Of a stretch of 64,000 nucleotides of DNA, positions 21,431 to 32,900 are shown piece by piece. The notes under the pieces are model-generated. The model searched no databases, was not told the DNA's origin, and worked only from the letters and a program-made list of their open reading frames with translations. This DNA comes from Trypanosoma brucei (taxonomy: Eukaryota), in assembly GCA_000002445.1 (NCBI GenBank), contig CM000207.1, positions 576,001 through 640,000 of the forward strand. The letters are read 5' to 3'. A program made the translations under genes and the position numbers. Every line of letters starts with the position of its first letter. Within the stretch, counting starts at the first letter, position 1.

Positions 21431-22105
21431 TTAAATAGCAACCATGATACCTCTTTCGTGACGCAGTAAAGCCAGCTTATCATCCAATATCTGAGCAAAT
21501 CCCAATAAAGAAGGCTTCACCCCTGCGATGCGGTGGACAGGAACCAACCCAAAGAAACAGTTGTCACGCAGCGCCCTTTCAGCGACACCAACCTGGAACT
21601 TTCTGCAGAAATATCGGTATTCCTTCTGTGTTCCAGCTTCGATTTTAATTACTTCCCTCCATACTTCGCCGTAATTAAACGCATCCGGTGGCATGTGTAA
21701 CGGAATTGACCTTAAAATATTATTTATTTCTCTCCTTCTTTTTTCCAAACCTTCAAGGCTGTCGCCCGATGGTGCAAGTGGATAGTTGAAATAGCGCCAA
21801 ACCAACAACGCGGTCCGTTCATGAGGGATGTGCGGAACGCCACCTTCTTCCGCGCCTGCGTTTTCATGCAACTGAGGGAATGGCACCTCCATAAGAGCTG
21901 CGTTGGGGCAGACTTTACGAAGCCACTCATTAACGTCAAAACGAGAGCCTTCCCTGTAGCAACACAAAACAGCGCCGCTTTCACCAACAAAGAGAAAAAT
22001 ACAACGCTTCCACCATAAAAGGCGATAAACAAATACAGTACAACGAACAACATCACAAGAAAACACGCAGAAAACCATGATAAAGCAAAAAACCAAATAC
22101 AACAA
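21431..22105 (-). CDS. Hypothetical protein; probable true start is an internal Met near 21892 (MEVPFPQLHE...)
   Basis: The ORF N-terminus (MLYLVFCFIMVFCVFSC...) is a translation of a pyrimidine-rich tract and is unlikely to be coding. The distal 150 aa (..RSIPLHMPPDAFNYGEVWREVIKIEAGTQKEYRYFCRKFQVGVAERALRDNCFFGLVPVHR..) looks protein-like. I recognise no family. Confidence 0.4.
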   Translation of the reverse strand: MLYLVFCFIMVFCVFSCDVVRCTVFVYRLLWWKRCIFLFVGESGAVLCCYREGSRFDVNEWLRKVCPNAALMEVPFPQLHENAGAEEGGVPHIPHERTALLVWRYFNYPLAPSGDSLEGLEKRRREINNILRSIPLHMPPDAFNYGEVWREVIKIEAGTQKEYRYFCRKFQVGVAERALRDNCFFGLVPVHRIAGVKPSLLGFAQILDDKLALLRHERGIMVAI

Positions 22106-23651
22106 TTTATATGTACAATTAAACTAAAATATTGTGCTTATAAGCAAAACGCCTACTACAATTGACGGAAAAAAAAAGAAAAAAACCATAACAAATATAT
22201 AAAACAATAGAACACACAATACATAAGTAATACGGCTCAACACCCCATTCACACTTCATATGGAGTTTATGAACACCACTAATGATATATTCATGACAGT
22301 TAATAGTTGGAAATAGAAAATGCAATGGCATATGACTTACACTCAGTGCATTGATAATTCCAATAACTCTACATTTCATACGGCACCTCATACCACTCCT
22401 TCAAATGAATACAAACATCTCCCATGTTCGGGTTAAAATGTAACGCAATACGCTAAGGGGGATTACCTTCATTTGTGAAACTAATAATATCATCACACCA
22501 TCATATTACTGAAATGAAACTATTTTTTTGTACAAAACATCCTCAACGACAAAACGAATTATATAGTGCAACACTATTGTTAGTCAGCACACACATACAC
22601 AACACACAAGTAACAACATAAATATATTCCTTCCTTTTGTCTAACACACTAATAAGAAGAAAAATATGAGAAATAGTGAATTTGACAAGAGAACATGTAT
22701 ATATACATTTATTTATTTATTTATTCATATACAGGTGATGAAGGGATTGACACAGTAACCCTCAGTATAATAACACAGCAACACGAAAGTAACATCGTAT
22801 CGCCATATTCCCTTACGATCAATATTAACAAAAACATATTATAAAACAAACACATGGAGGCCGTAACACCTGCCTGATTTATCCAAATACAACATATCAA
22901 CACATAATACGCTACGTCTGCACGATATATACATATACATATACTCGAACAAAGAAAAAATTGACACTTCACATAACTACTGATATGCGAATCATCACTT
23001 ACCGTCCGTACCATGTTACAGAAAAGAAAAAGGTTATTAATCAAAAAATAAAAAGAAAGGATATATAAAGTGATTACAAAGCTGACAATATAGAATATAT
23101 GCACAAGAAGGATCTACACACTTCACAATAATGCACAACATAAACACATACACAACGCATATAAGCATACAGCTAAGGGGGAAAAACATATAAGGATACA
23201 AACTCCATATAATTAGAGAAAGGTAGCAGAGAGAAAGCCTTAACACATAACTCAAGTATATTATATATGAAAGTTCAGCAGGTAAGTATTATTAATGAGA
23301 GAATAAGAAATGGAAGTGTATAGAGCAATACAAGGTAATATATATTCAAAATTAATGGAAATGAAACCAAATACTACTCATTAAGTGGTTCAACAATTTT
23401 CAAAATAAATAGTTGATTATTTCAAGAGAGTAACTGTAGTTGCTTCATGCAAACAGAAACATTTCACAAAGATTATAAAAACATTAAATACAAAAATATT
23501 ACGGTACAAAGGAAGGTACTTAAAGACATTGCGAAGAAATACAGTAGCAGAAAAAGACAATGTGACAATAGGGAAACATGACACACAACAGCACATCACT
23601 GCACACACCTCCATAAATTCTCATGCACATCATTAAACAAAAAGTATACAC

Positions 23652-24938
23652 TCACTCATCAGCTGCTGGAGTTTCCTGCTGATGGCTGGTAATGCTTAAA
23701 TGCTCCTCACCATTTGATGGTACCGCTGCCACTTCTGCTGCCTCCACATTAGATACGGGTGAGGTAACCTTTTCACGGAGAGACATTACAGTAATATACT
23801 TCTCATGACCTGCAAAACAGCAAAAGTATAAAAGAATAAGCAATACAGCAAGAAGAATAAATATTATAACAACAGCAGCACCGGCACCACCGCCACTTCC
23901 CTCACCATCGGAAGCTGTAGATGGCACAGTCTTATCTGATGCTTCATTACTTCCATTAGATATTTCATCAGCTATTGTATTTTCATCAGCTGTTGCATTT
24001 TCATCAGCTGTTGTATTTTCATCAGCTGTTGTATTTTCATCAGCTGTTGTATTTTCATCAGCTGTTGTATTTTCATCAACTGTTGTATTTTCATCAACTG
24101 TTGCATTTTCATCAACTGTTGTATTTTCATCAGCTGTTGTATTTTCATCAACTGTTGTATTTTCATCAACTGTTGTATTTTCATCAGCTGTTGTATTTTC
24201 GCTGTGAGGGGAAGCAGGTGGAAGCGGAGTTGGTACTGCAGAGGCTTCACAGAGAACCATGAAAAAGCGTGTACTTCTACCCCTAGTGTTCGTAAACATA
24301 GATATATTTCCAAAGTCGTCATCATCATCAAACCATGTGAAGCGACCAGAGGAATCCAGTTTAGCAATTACGTTTAATCTCCCGTACGCAGGATAATTTT
24401 CGAAAAAGGATGGGTAGTCATTCATACTACCAGCTCCTGTTACTTCATAGTAAGACCCACGCCAGAATGCAACACCATTATCGTCAGGAGTTGCCGGAGC
24501 AAACAATCCTGTGTTCCATCGATAGACACAATTTAATGATGAAGCGAGGTCACCTACTTTGCATCTGTCCTTTTCCTCATGTACTGAACTCGCACTGTAC
24601 TTGGCATCACCACCAAGGTAAGCATATAAATACCCCAATTCATTTTTCGGTTTTAATAGTTTATATATTAAACTGTTTGTGGCCTCAGAGTGGTCAGTAG
24701 CGAGGTTCATACCTTCAGCACGGCACACACGCTCAGAATTAACGTAATCCACATTATATACACCATTATTTTTAAACACTTCATGAGGATATATGGCGTA
24801 ACTCTTAGCTGCTGTAGTCACGGGACCCCCTCCAGAGCTGGCAGCCTGCAGTGGACGTAAAATACATTGCAATAACATCAGTATACCACACAGAGTTGTA
24901 ATCCGAGAGAAGTTTGATGGCACCATGCGGATTTCCAT
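23652..24938 (-). CDS. Type-I surface membrane glycoprotein with 13 tandem ENTT[A/V]D hexapeptide repeats
   Basis: N-terminal signal-like segment CGILMLLQCILRPLQAASS. A ~200 aa Cys-containing ectodomain (CRAEGMNLATDHSEATNSLIYKLL...WNTGLF...FWRGSYYE...FMVLCE) is weakly reminiscent of a C-type-lectin-like fold. Then come 13 repeats of ENTTAD/ENTTVD (each an N-x-T sequon), the TM helix AAVVIIFILLAVLLILLYFCCFAG and a ~60 aa cytoplasmic tail. Confidence 0.7.
   Translation of the reverse strand: MEIRMVPSNFSRITTLCGILMLLQCILRPLQAASSGGGPVTTAAKSYAIYPHEVFKNNGVYNVDYVNSERVCRAEGMNLATDHSEATNSLIYKLLKPKNELGYLYAYLGGDAKYSASSVHEEKDRCKVGDLASSLNCVYRWNTGLFAPATPDDNGVAFWRGSYYEVTGAGSMNDYPSFFENYPAYGRLNVIAKLDSSGRFTWFDDDDDFGNISMFTNTRGRSTRFFMVLCEASAVPTPLPPASPHSENTTADENTTVDENTTVDENTTADENTTVDENATVDENTTVDENTTADENTTADENTTADENTTADENATADENTIADEISNGSNEASDKTVPSTASDGEGSGGGAGAAVVIIFILLAVLLILLYFCCFAGHEKYITVMSLREKVTSPVSNVEAAEVAAVPSNGEEHLSITSHQQETPAADE
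23963..24200 (-). repeat. Coding 18-bp tandem repeat (~13 units, ttcatcagctgttgtatt on the plus strand) encoding the ENTT[A/V]D hexapeptides
   Basis: Direct inspection shows near-identical 18-mers with a/g and c/t variants at fixed positions. The repeat also generates the spurious antisense and alternate-frame ORFs 23972..24367(-) and 23975..24262(+). Confidence 0.9.
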
Positions 24939-26943
24939 GTTTACTGTTAAACTTGCTTGCTTATGAGTCTGTAGTTAATGTTGGGAAATCAAACAGATAT
25001 GAAAGGGTTAGTTAAAGGGGAAAGTCAAGGGACCGGGAAGTGAAGAAAGTAGTAATGGTTGTACAATCATAAAAGTGGTGCGCACACACATTGCGAAAAC
25101 TCAACATGAAAATAGTTCATCACTCATATTAGAAACTAGTAATTGGGAAGCAAATAACTGTCGTGGTGATAAATAAACTATCATTAAAAATACATGTTGC
25201 AGGTTGTGAGTAGTAAATTAAATAATGTGTGTTTGTGGGAATTGGCCTTCTTGCCAGGACGATAGAATACCACTCTTTCAGGCGAAGTTTGCAAGTACTG
25301 ACTGTGACGGTTGTCATTCTTTTATCCTATTTTTTTTCCTGCTGCAAATGTTGGTGTTTTTTTTTTCGCAGAGGGGGCATGATTGCTGGTAAATGGATCA
25401 AGTGGTGAGCGGGGCAACCTGTTTTAACGTTGCATTCTATGACATCTTGGTTGTAGTGCATTACTGTCTTTGTGTGTAGGCGTCCCTTGTCAATGTGTAA
25501 CCGAAAATAGTGTAATTTCATCGATATGGCACATGTAAGAAAGCGGTGTGTGCAAAACATCTGCGACGAAGATTCTGTACCAGTTCATTCCTCTGTTTTG
25601 TTTATATAGCGTCTTGTACGGCAGAGGTTAAAAGTGATACGGAGAGTCATGTACATGTGGCAGCATACGTACATTAGAGGCTATACTCCCGTCCTTTAGA
25701 ACCTTGCCAATAAGGTGCTCACTGCGCAAGTCGCTATACAACGGCTCATGATAATCGTGTCGCCGTGTTAAACCTTTCTGAGATTTACCGGCTTTTTATT
25801 TCTTAAGCCGCGAGCGGCTCCGTGTCAGTCCGCCTCTATCCAACATGTATACAAATACATGAATGAAAGATCGACCCCCCTTCCAATACCGCGCCGCCCC
25901 ACAACCTTTGGTGGAAGGAAGCGGGAAAGAAACGATTGGAATGTGTGGCGCTAAACGCACTAAAGACACCCGGGAAGGAACTTACCCTGCACTCCCCCTC
26001 ATTTACACCATGCGAAAGGGGGATAAAAAAGGACTGAGTAGTTTCTCGGGCAGCCAACAGTGTTGGAAAATTTATGAACACCAGCAGTCACTTATGGCGA
26101 GCCGCTGCTGCCGCCACAACTTCCACGGTGCAGAAGTTGCATTATTCGTATTCATCTGTCCTTAACAAAACATACTTCACTTCCACTTCCTTTCATCAAA
26201 AAAATGACAATGACAGAAAGGAAGGAAAGAAATGGCTACCGCTGCCTTTGCGGGATAGAGAGACGTTCGAAGCGCTGCACAGAGAGCACCTCTGAACCTT
26301 ATCACGAGGGTACAAAAAATGGATATTATTCATGCATCAAAGAGGGGCTCCTCACCAACACTCCCGGTCCTGATGGTTTATTTTTCAACTTAGAACTTAA
26401 ACGCTTAACGAGAACCTTAAAATTAAAAAATTTAAAAACTGTAGAGAAAAATAAAGAAGGGATACCAAGACCAAAACCTTTGTCCCTCACCCATGCGTCA
26501 CTCCCGCAGGTAAACAACGCAAAGTTTGAGCAGGCCTCACTCTGAAATGCCACCAACACCACATCTGTCAAGAGGGGGAAAAGGTAGCAGTAGAAGTAAA
26601 AAAGTGGGACCATCTAAAGGAATGGAAAAAAACAACTACATTAATGCCCCCGTTCACCCATTTGGGCCCAGTACACCTGTTATCTCCCATTGTATCCTTC
26701 CGCTGCAAATGTTTCCACGTCCAACTGCCACCGCGACGCACGCCCAATTTCGCGATGTGCGTGCGCTCCCCCACTTATCCACAAGCGAGACGCTCGCCGT
26801 CATTTCCCCAACTGATCTGTAATACCATTTAAAAAAAATTGGAAATGAAAGATAGTAACCAGCTCTTGACTTAGAGAGCTACCTCACCGAGATGTCATCA
26901 TGTACATGTACTCCAAGGCACACCCTTCCCATTGCAGCGGGTA

Positions 26944-29900
26944 TCAGGAACCCATCGCATACAGGACATCTTGGCCCGTAATGGATGAAAGATGTCCACA
27001 CAACCTCCGCGCCTGCTCCACAACGACGTCGTCGCGGTCCTCTGTAAGCTCCGCAACGGAAGGAAGCATTTCAGCCATGAGCCGCGCAGCCAATTCACCT
27101 CCACCGTCCTCGTAAATGCGATCAAGACACAACAGCGCCACACGCCGTACATGACGACTCGGGTGACGAAGCGAACGCAGCACTTCACGCTGAGTGTCGC
27201 TCTGCTGCTTGGAAGATGTCAATGAGAGGAACAGCGCACGGACAGCAGGGATGACACATTGCTCCGCGCGAAAGGCGTAGTCATGTGTGCTGTCGGCAAG
27301 GTACACGAGATTTGTGAGTTGCCGAACGACTGCAGGCATTACGGCGCTGAACACCTCGTGTGTTGCAAGGTAATTGTCCACCGGAATGCTATGATCATGG
27401 TGCGGTGGTGCTGTTTGGGCGGAAGCTATGATCCTGATGCTGTTGAGCGCACCTTCAAGCGTACGCGCTATGAGATCTGCCGCATGGCGCGCAGCATGTG
27501 TTGTAGATGAGCAGTAGCTCGCAAGGGTACCGACGATGTACGGCAGAAGAACAGGAAACGCAAAATCCATGATGGATCCCAACCTCTCCAGCAAATGGTT
27601 GCACAATGCATAGAAGAGAAGCCAACGATGCACAATCACACGGGGAACGGACGCTACGTCGTCCCTCTCCCGCACGTCCTCAGATTCTTTGCCTGCCGAC
27701 TCCTTTGCCTGCTGTTTCTCAGTCGATTTGACGAAGCCCTCCGCAGCTCCACCAAAGGCCCACTCAGCCATTGTGGATATGAAAGATGTACAGTGTTTGG
27801 CCTTAAACTTTAAAAAGAACATCGTGTATGCCTCGAGAACTGGCTGAACGGCATCTGGTGATGGAAGCGTCGGTGCACTGGCTAGCGTCTGCATCGATGA
27901 GAGCCAAAAGTTGTCACGAGCTGTGGTTCCTCCCACGAAGAGACTCAAATGTTTTAACTCCTCGCGGCCAAGGCTCGTCACCCGCCGTTGTATACTGGAG
28001 TAAAGCAGTGCTAGAGAGTGGGTGTCAACCCGCACGCGCAGAACCCTTTTTGATCGCTTCCCCGATTCATCTGCGGCCACCTCCTGTTCGACAATCCCCC
28101 GCACGCACTCGGCGGATGCCTCAATAAACAACTGCGGCTCAAGGGCAACCTCCAACATAGACATCACCTCCACACTAAGATAGTTAGTCTCCGTGTCATC
28201 GACGTTTTGCAAGTGTGTCGCGACGTAAATGATGCGGGAAAGGTATGGCTGACACATGAGCCAGGACGACGGAAAGGTACGAAGTAAGCAATTGAGAGAT
28301 GACTGACGAAGCACGGACCCCACTTCACCCCGTGAAACGGTAGGTGGGACACCCGCTGCTGCAAAAACGGCAGCATCCACTACGACTTGCAGTGTGACGT
28401 TACTATGCGGCACGGTGAAAGCAGTACCCATCACCTGGCTCACTGTGCCGAGCGCCGTCAAAAGAGCAGCTGCGGCAAACAGACAATCCTCCTTGGAGCC
28501 GTGCGTATGCTCTTCATCCTGATTACGACACGACCGAATAACACGGGGTAGTACAGAAACCATGCTGTCCACCCAACGATGAACTTCCTCCACGCGGGAA
28601 TGGTTGCCAAACAGTTTGTTAAGTCTGTCTTCCGTTACCCGAGCAGTACGGTTTACGTTTAGTAGAGCCGCCTCTGCGTGTTGACTACCACCACTAGCTA
28701 TAATACGAACAAGTTCCTCCATACATGCAACGCTGAGTGTCAGTAACCTCAAATTGTCTACCCTCTCGGCTTTTCCAACCTGCACCCCCGCCGCCGACAT
28801 CATCAACGCGAAAATATGAGAGAAGAGGGTGAAGGACCGCTTCGTCGCAAATGGTCTTGCCTTAAGGCGAACAACGTCTGTAAGGGTTAATCTGCTCTTG
28901 GGATCGCGTAGCTTCTGGCGCCCCCGTTCCACCTCCTCCTTCGTGAGGATCTGCTCAACAGTTGGCAAAGCGTTGTGCAAGCGGTCCAGCAGCATTTCCA
29001 GTCCCTTCAACTGCACCGCCGCACGGTGGTCTGTAAGAAGGTTCTTCATGCACAAAACAAATGTAGGTTCATTAATACCGGCAAGTACACAAGCCAGCGT
29101 GTTGCCAGCGAGGAGTTCCAACAGCATCACAAACGCCTTTTTTTCCCCGTACGCCGGGGCGCCCACAAACCCACCATCGGAATGTTGACTGGCAGCAGCG
29201 GTGCCGGCATCGTTTTCTGTGGCTGTGTTGAGCTCCGTGTAGTATGCAAACAGTTTGAGAGAGGCAACAAGGAGTGCCATGCACTCGTTGCTTTTGTCGA
29301 TTCCCTCAAACAAGGAGCTCTCCCCATATTTGGTCCCACTGGTATCGTCCCTTTGTACACCACCATCAGCATGTGCTGTGTCCAAACAAAGCACCGCGGT
29401 GCTGTGCTGGAGCGCCACAAACCCGGCGAGGAACTCCTCTGATTTAATCGTGTCGTTGATGAGGTACATAATCTCCTCCTGTCGATTTACCACTTGATTG
29501 GGTTTCAATAGCTTCCGAAACAGCCGCTTCATAGTGTAATCATCATCATTTTCAGAACACCCGACGTCACCTGTGTCCATACCTTCGACCTTTCCTCTCC
29601 GATTACCACCAACCTTTGGCGACGATAGGGAAAGTTGTTTGTGCGGATCAACAAGCAGCTCCATCATACCCGTGAGACAAAGCAGCTGTGTTTGCACATC
29701 AAAACTAACTAAGAGATGGCGGCATACCTCCATGGCACTGGTGTAGTTGTGTTTTCCAGACTCGAAGTTTACCGACTCCAGACGGATGAGAAGGGCGACG
29801 ACCGGTATATGCAGCGCAACCCTTCCACCAACAGAAAAATCATTGGAATGCATTGGTGTAACAGCGGGGGTAAAAAGCGGCGAAACGATCCTTAGCAACT

Positions 29901-32900
29901 CTGTGACGGTACCGATGGTGCGGCCAGAAAAAACGGAATTGGGGCGTGCAGCTTCAGATGCCGAAGCCGGCTTCTGTGCTCCGCTTGACGACGGTAAATC
30001 CGGAGTAAATAAGCCAGCCATGAGGATTACACTCTGCCTCACAACTTCTTGGCGTATAACCGCTGCGCCATCTGGCTGACCATCGTTTAATGCCCCTGGT
30101 GACGAAAGACACAGATTCACAAGGCAACGAATAAATGACAAAGCAAGGCGATACAACGAGTTCCCAGAGGCACCAACATCAGCACTATCGTTGTCTTCGA
30201 GAAGTGGAAGCAGGGATGCCAGCGGGAACGAATTCAGAACCTCTCTAACCAAATTAAATAATGATGAATCCCCCAAGTCCTCTCCTCCTTCCCCCTCTCT
30301 TTTGCCCACATCGTCCCCATCGAACCTGATCAAGTGCGATGATTCAAAAATAGCACACAGAATGCGCAGTGCTGGTAAGGTGTTGCCTTCTCGTCTCCAC
30401 ACAATTTCTTCCCCGCCATCGGCCCGACTCAACGACTTCGCACAAAGCTGAAGAATAGACTCAACATCTGTGGACTTCAGCGGGTCATAAAGAGTACACC
30501 ACGATGGTGGCTCCCATGCGTCCACCGTATCCCCTCCCTCTCCTTCCGACCCCGGTAATGGCGAGGAAGGTGACGCAGCTGCAACTGCCTCGAGCGCATC
30601 CGCAATAATTGACAAGTCCGGACTCCGCTGTTTCAGTTTCTGTGACACAAGTGGTAAAAATAGGCGTTGGTAGCCGCCAACAGTACCGACCAACAGTGAA
30701 AGTGCATCAGCACCCATCCGACTTAGGCAAACAGCGTCGTCCAGTACCACCTCCGAAACCACACTAGCCACCCTTTTGGCGTAATCCTCGTCGTCGCTTT
30801 TTTCCAATAAATTATTCGTGCCCTGTGAAGTATTTCGCGTTGGCTTTGGTACAAAGACAAGTGGGTTTGCAGAAGATACATCACACCCCCGACTCAACAC
30901 CGAAGCAAAGGTACTGAGGGCGTGGCGATACACTAAGCGGGTACGGCGACCACTGACTCGAAGAAACGGGTGGCGAACAAGGGCAAGGTTCAGCTGCAGT
31001 AAGGCATTCTTTTCTTCGTTGCTGATGGTTGCCATTTCTGCGCAAATCTGTGCGCGATTGCAGATGGCTTGCACAAAGTTTGCTGCTTCTGGGCTCACCG
31101 TCCCCTCTCCACCGTCGCCGCCCGCTTCTAGAAGTGATATTAAAAGCGGCAGGAGAGCGTTAACCACGATGCCACTTTTCCGGGCGCGCAGTGGATAGAA
31201 GTGCTCCACCACAAGGTTCAGAAAGGAAAAGGGCGCTGTTGTTTCTTCATTTCCACCGTTTCCAACTCCGTCAACTATCATGCGGCACAGAAGCTCGGAG
31301 GCGGTGTGCGTCAGGTGTGCGTGAGAATCCTCCAGAGCTATTGCCTCAACGAGGGCATTCAGTGTTGTGATGGAAATGGATCCCTGACGCAACGCAGCCT
31401 CCAAAAATAGCTGTGCGCTGCTCATGTTAGTTATCGTTAGTCTCTTCTTTGCGTCTCTGGTACTCCTCTTAACATCGTCCGCAGCAGAAAGTATGAGCCC
31501 CTGCAACGTTGTCAATACATCCTCCCGGCGACCAGCCGGCGCGGCTAGGGGTGAGGTCACAGCCACAAATAACCCTGACAGAGAGAAGTAACTTCCACAG
31601 TTCGATTTCAGAGTGACAGGGGACTCGAACACGGAGCGGTAGACGAGACGGAACCAGTCCACGGGTAGCTGTACATTCCAGTCATCGCCCGCAACGTCGC
31701 TAGCGGTGTTACACAACTCCAGCATATGCAGGTAAGCGGGTGGAAGCCACATGGGACTGACTGCCGCAGCCGGGAGGGGGGCATCCAAATAACCCAGCAA
31801 ACGCCCCATGTACGCCAGCGTATTGGTTGAATTGAACGCCATCTTCTCGCCCTCAACGCAACTACCGACCTCAGAGTTTCTAGCCAAACGCGTTTCCATG
31901 CTGATGCGAATAGTGGCACCCATTATCCTGGTAAACAGATTTTTCGGCAAAAATGGCGACGACCCGTCGTTTGCAGCTCCTCGTCCAACACGTCCTCTCA
32001 TCCCGCCCGCTGCCGCTCTTTGTGATCCCTGTAAATTCATCAAGTAGCCGCCTCTCATCCCAATAGAATACTTACTGGTACGGACGCCGCCGTTCCTACC
32101 ACTCACAAAGAACTGGAACAGCATGTGTGTGACGTCGGCCAGCTCAGAATCATAAGCTGTTGATAATAGCGCCGCGCAGCCCACGCAACACTCGAGCATA
32201 ATTGCCCTCGCGGAAGGACGGTCATCTTCGTTAGCCTCACGCAGACACAGCAGCCGCTCGAGGGTCGGACGAACCTGCACAGAAGCCTCATGGTAGAGCG
32301 CCAACAGTAATGGGGTGCATTCAAACACAGAAAGGCAGAACCCCTCCTCCCCTTGTTCATCGTCTAAGAGACTGGTCACACCACCCATGAAGGCCGCGGC
32401 GCTCTTTCCGCCTTCAGTGCTGGCATCACAATCGGCAAATTCATACAGTGGATCACATCCCGGGTACAACGCAGGGGTAAAGAGAGTTGCCGTCCGACCA
32501 ATGCCCGGAACGGTTTCCACCAAATGCTTCTCTAATTTCATCACCAACTTAGTCAACTCGGCATCTGTACTTTCCCCGGCACACAAACGCTCCTTGGCGG
32601 ACCCTCCATTGACACTCCTTTCCCGCACAAGCAGATCAATAGCATGTACGTACAACAATGTCGCATAGTAAAGCAGCAGACCCCATCCGATACGACAGGC
32701 ATCTCCCATCTCGGGAACTTTCAGCTTCTTCTTCGACCCACCCAGAAATACCCCCCGTTGCTCATCAACCTGTTGCATGAGTGGAAGGAGGATCAACTGG
32801 TAGAACCTCTCCTGTATCGCAACACAGCCTTGAGTGACAGTCATCGTCCAGAAGCAACGAAACAACCTCCGCAAAATGCCGATCGCGTCGTCCACAGGGT

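Noticed and set aside
23972-24367. ORFs encoding MKIQQLMKIQQL... and FHQLLYFHQLLY... repeats
   Set aside because: They are antisense or alternate-frame readings of the 18-bp coding repeat of the surface glycoprotein gene.
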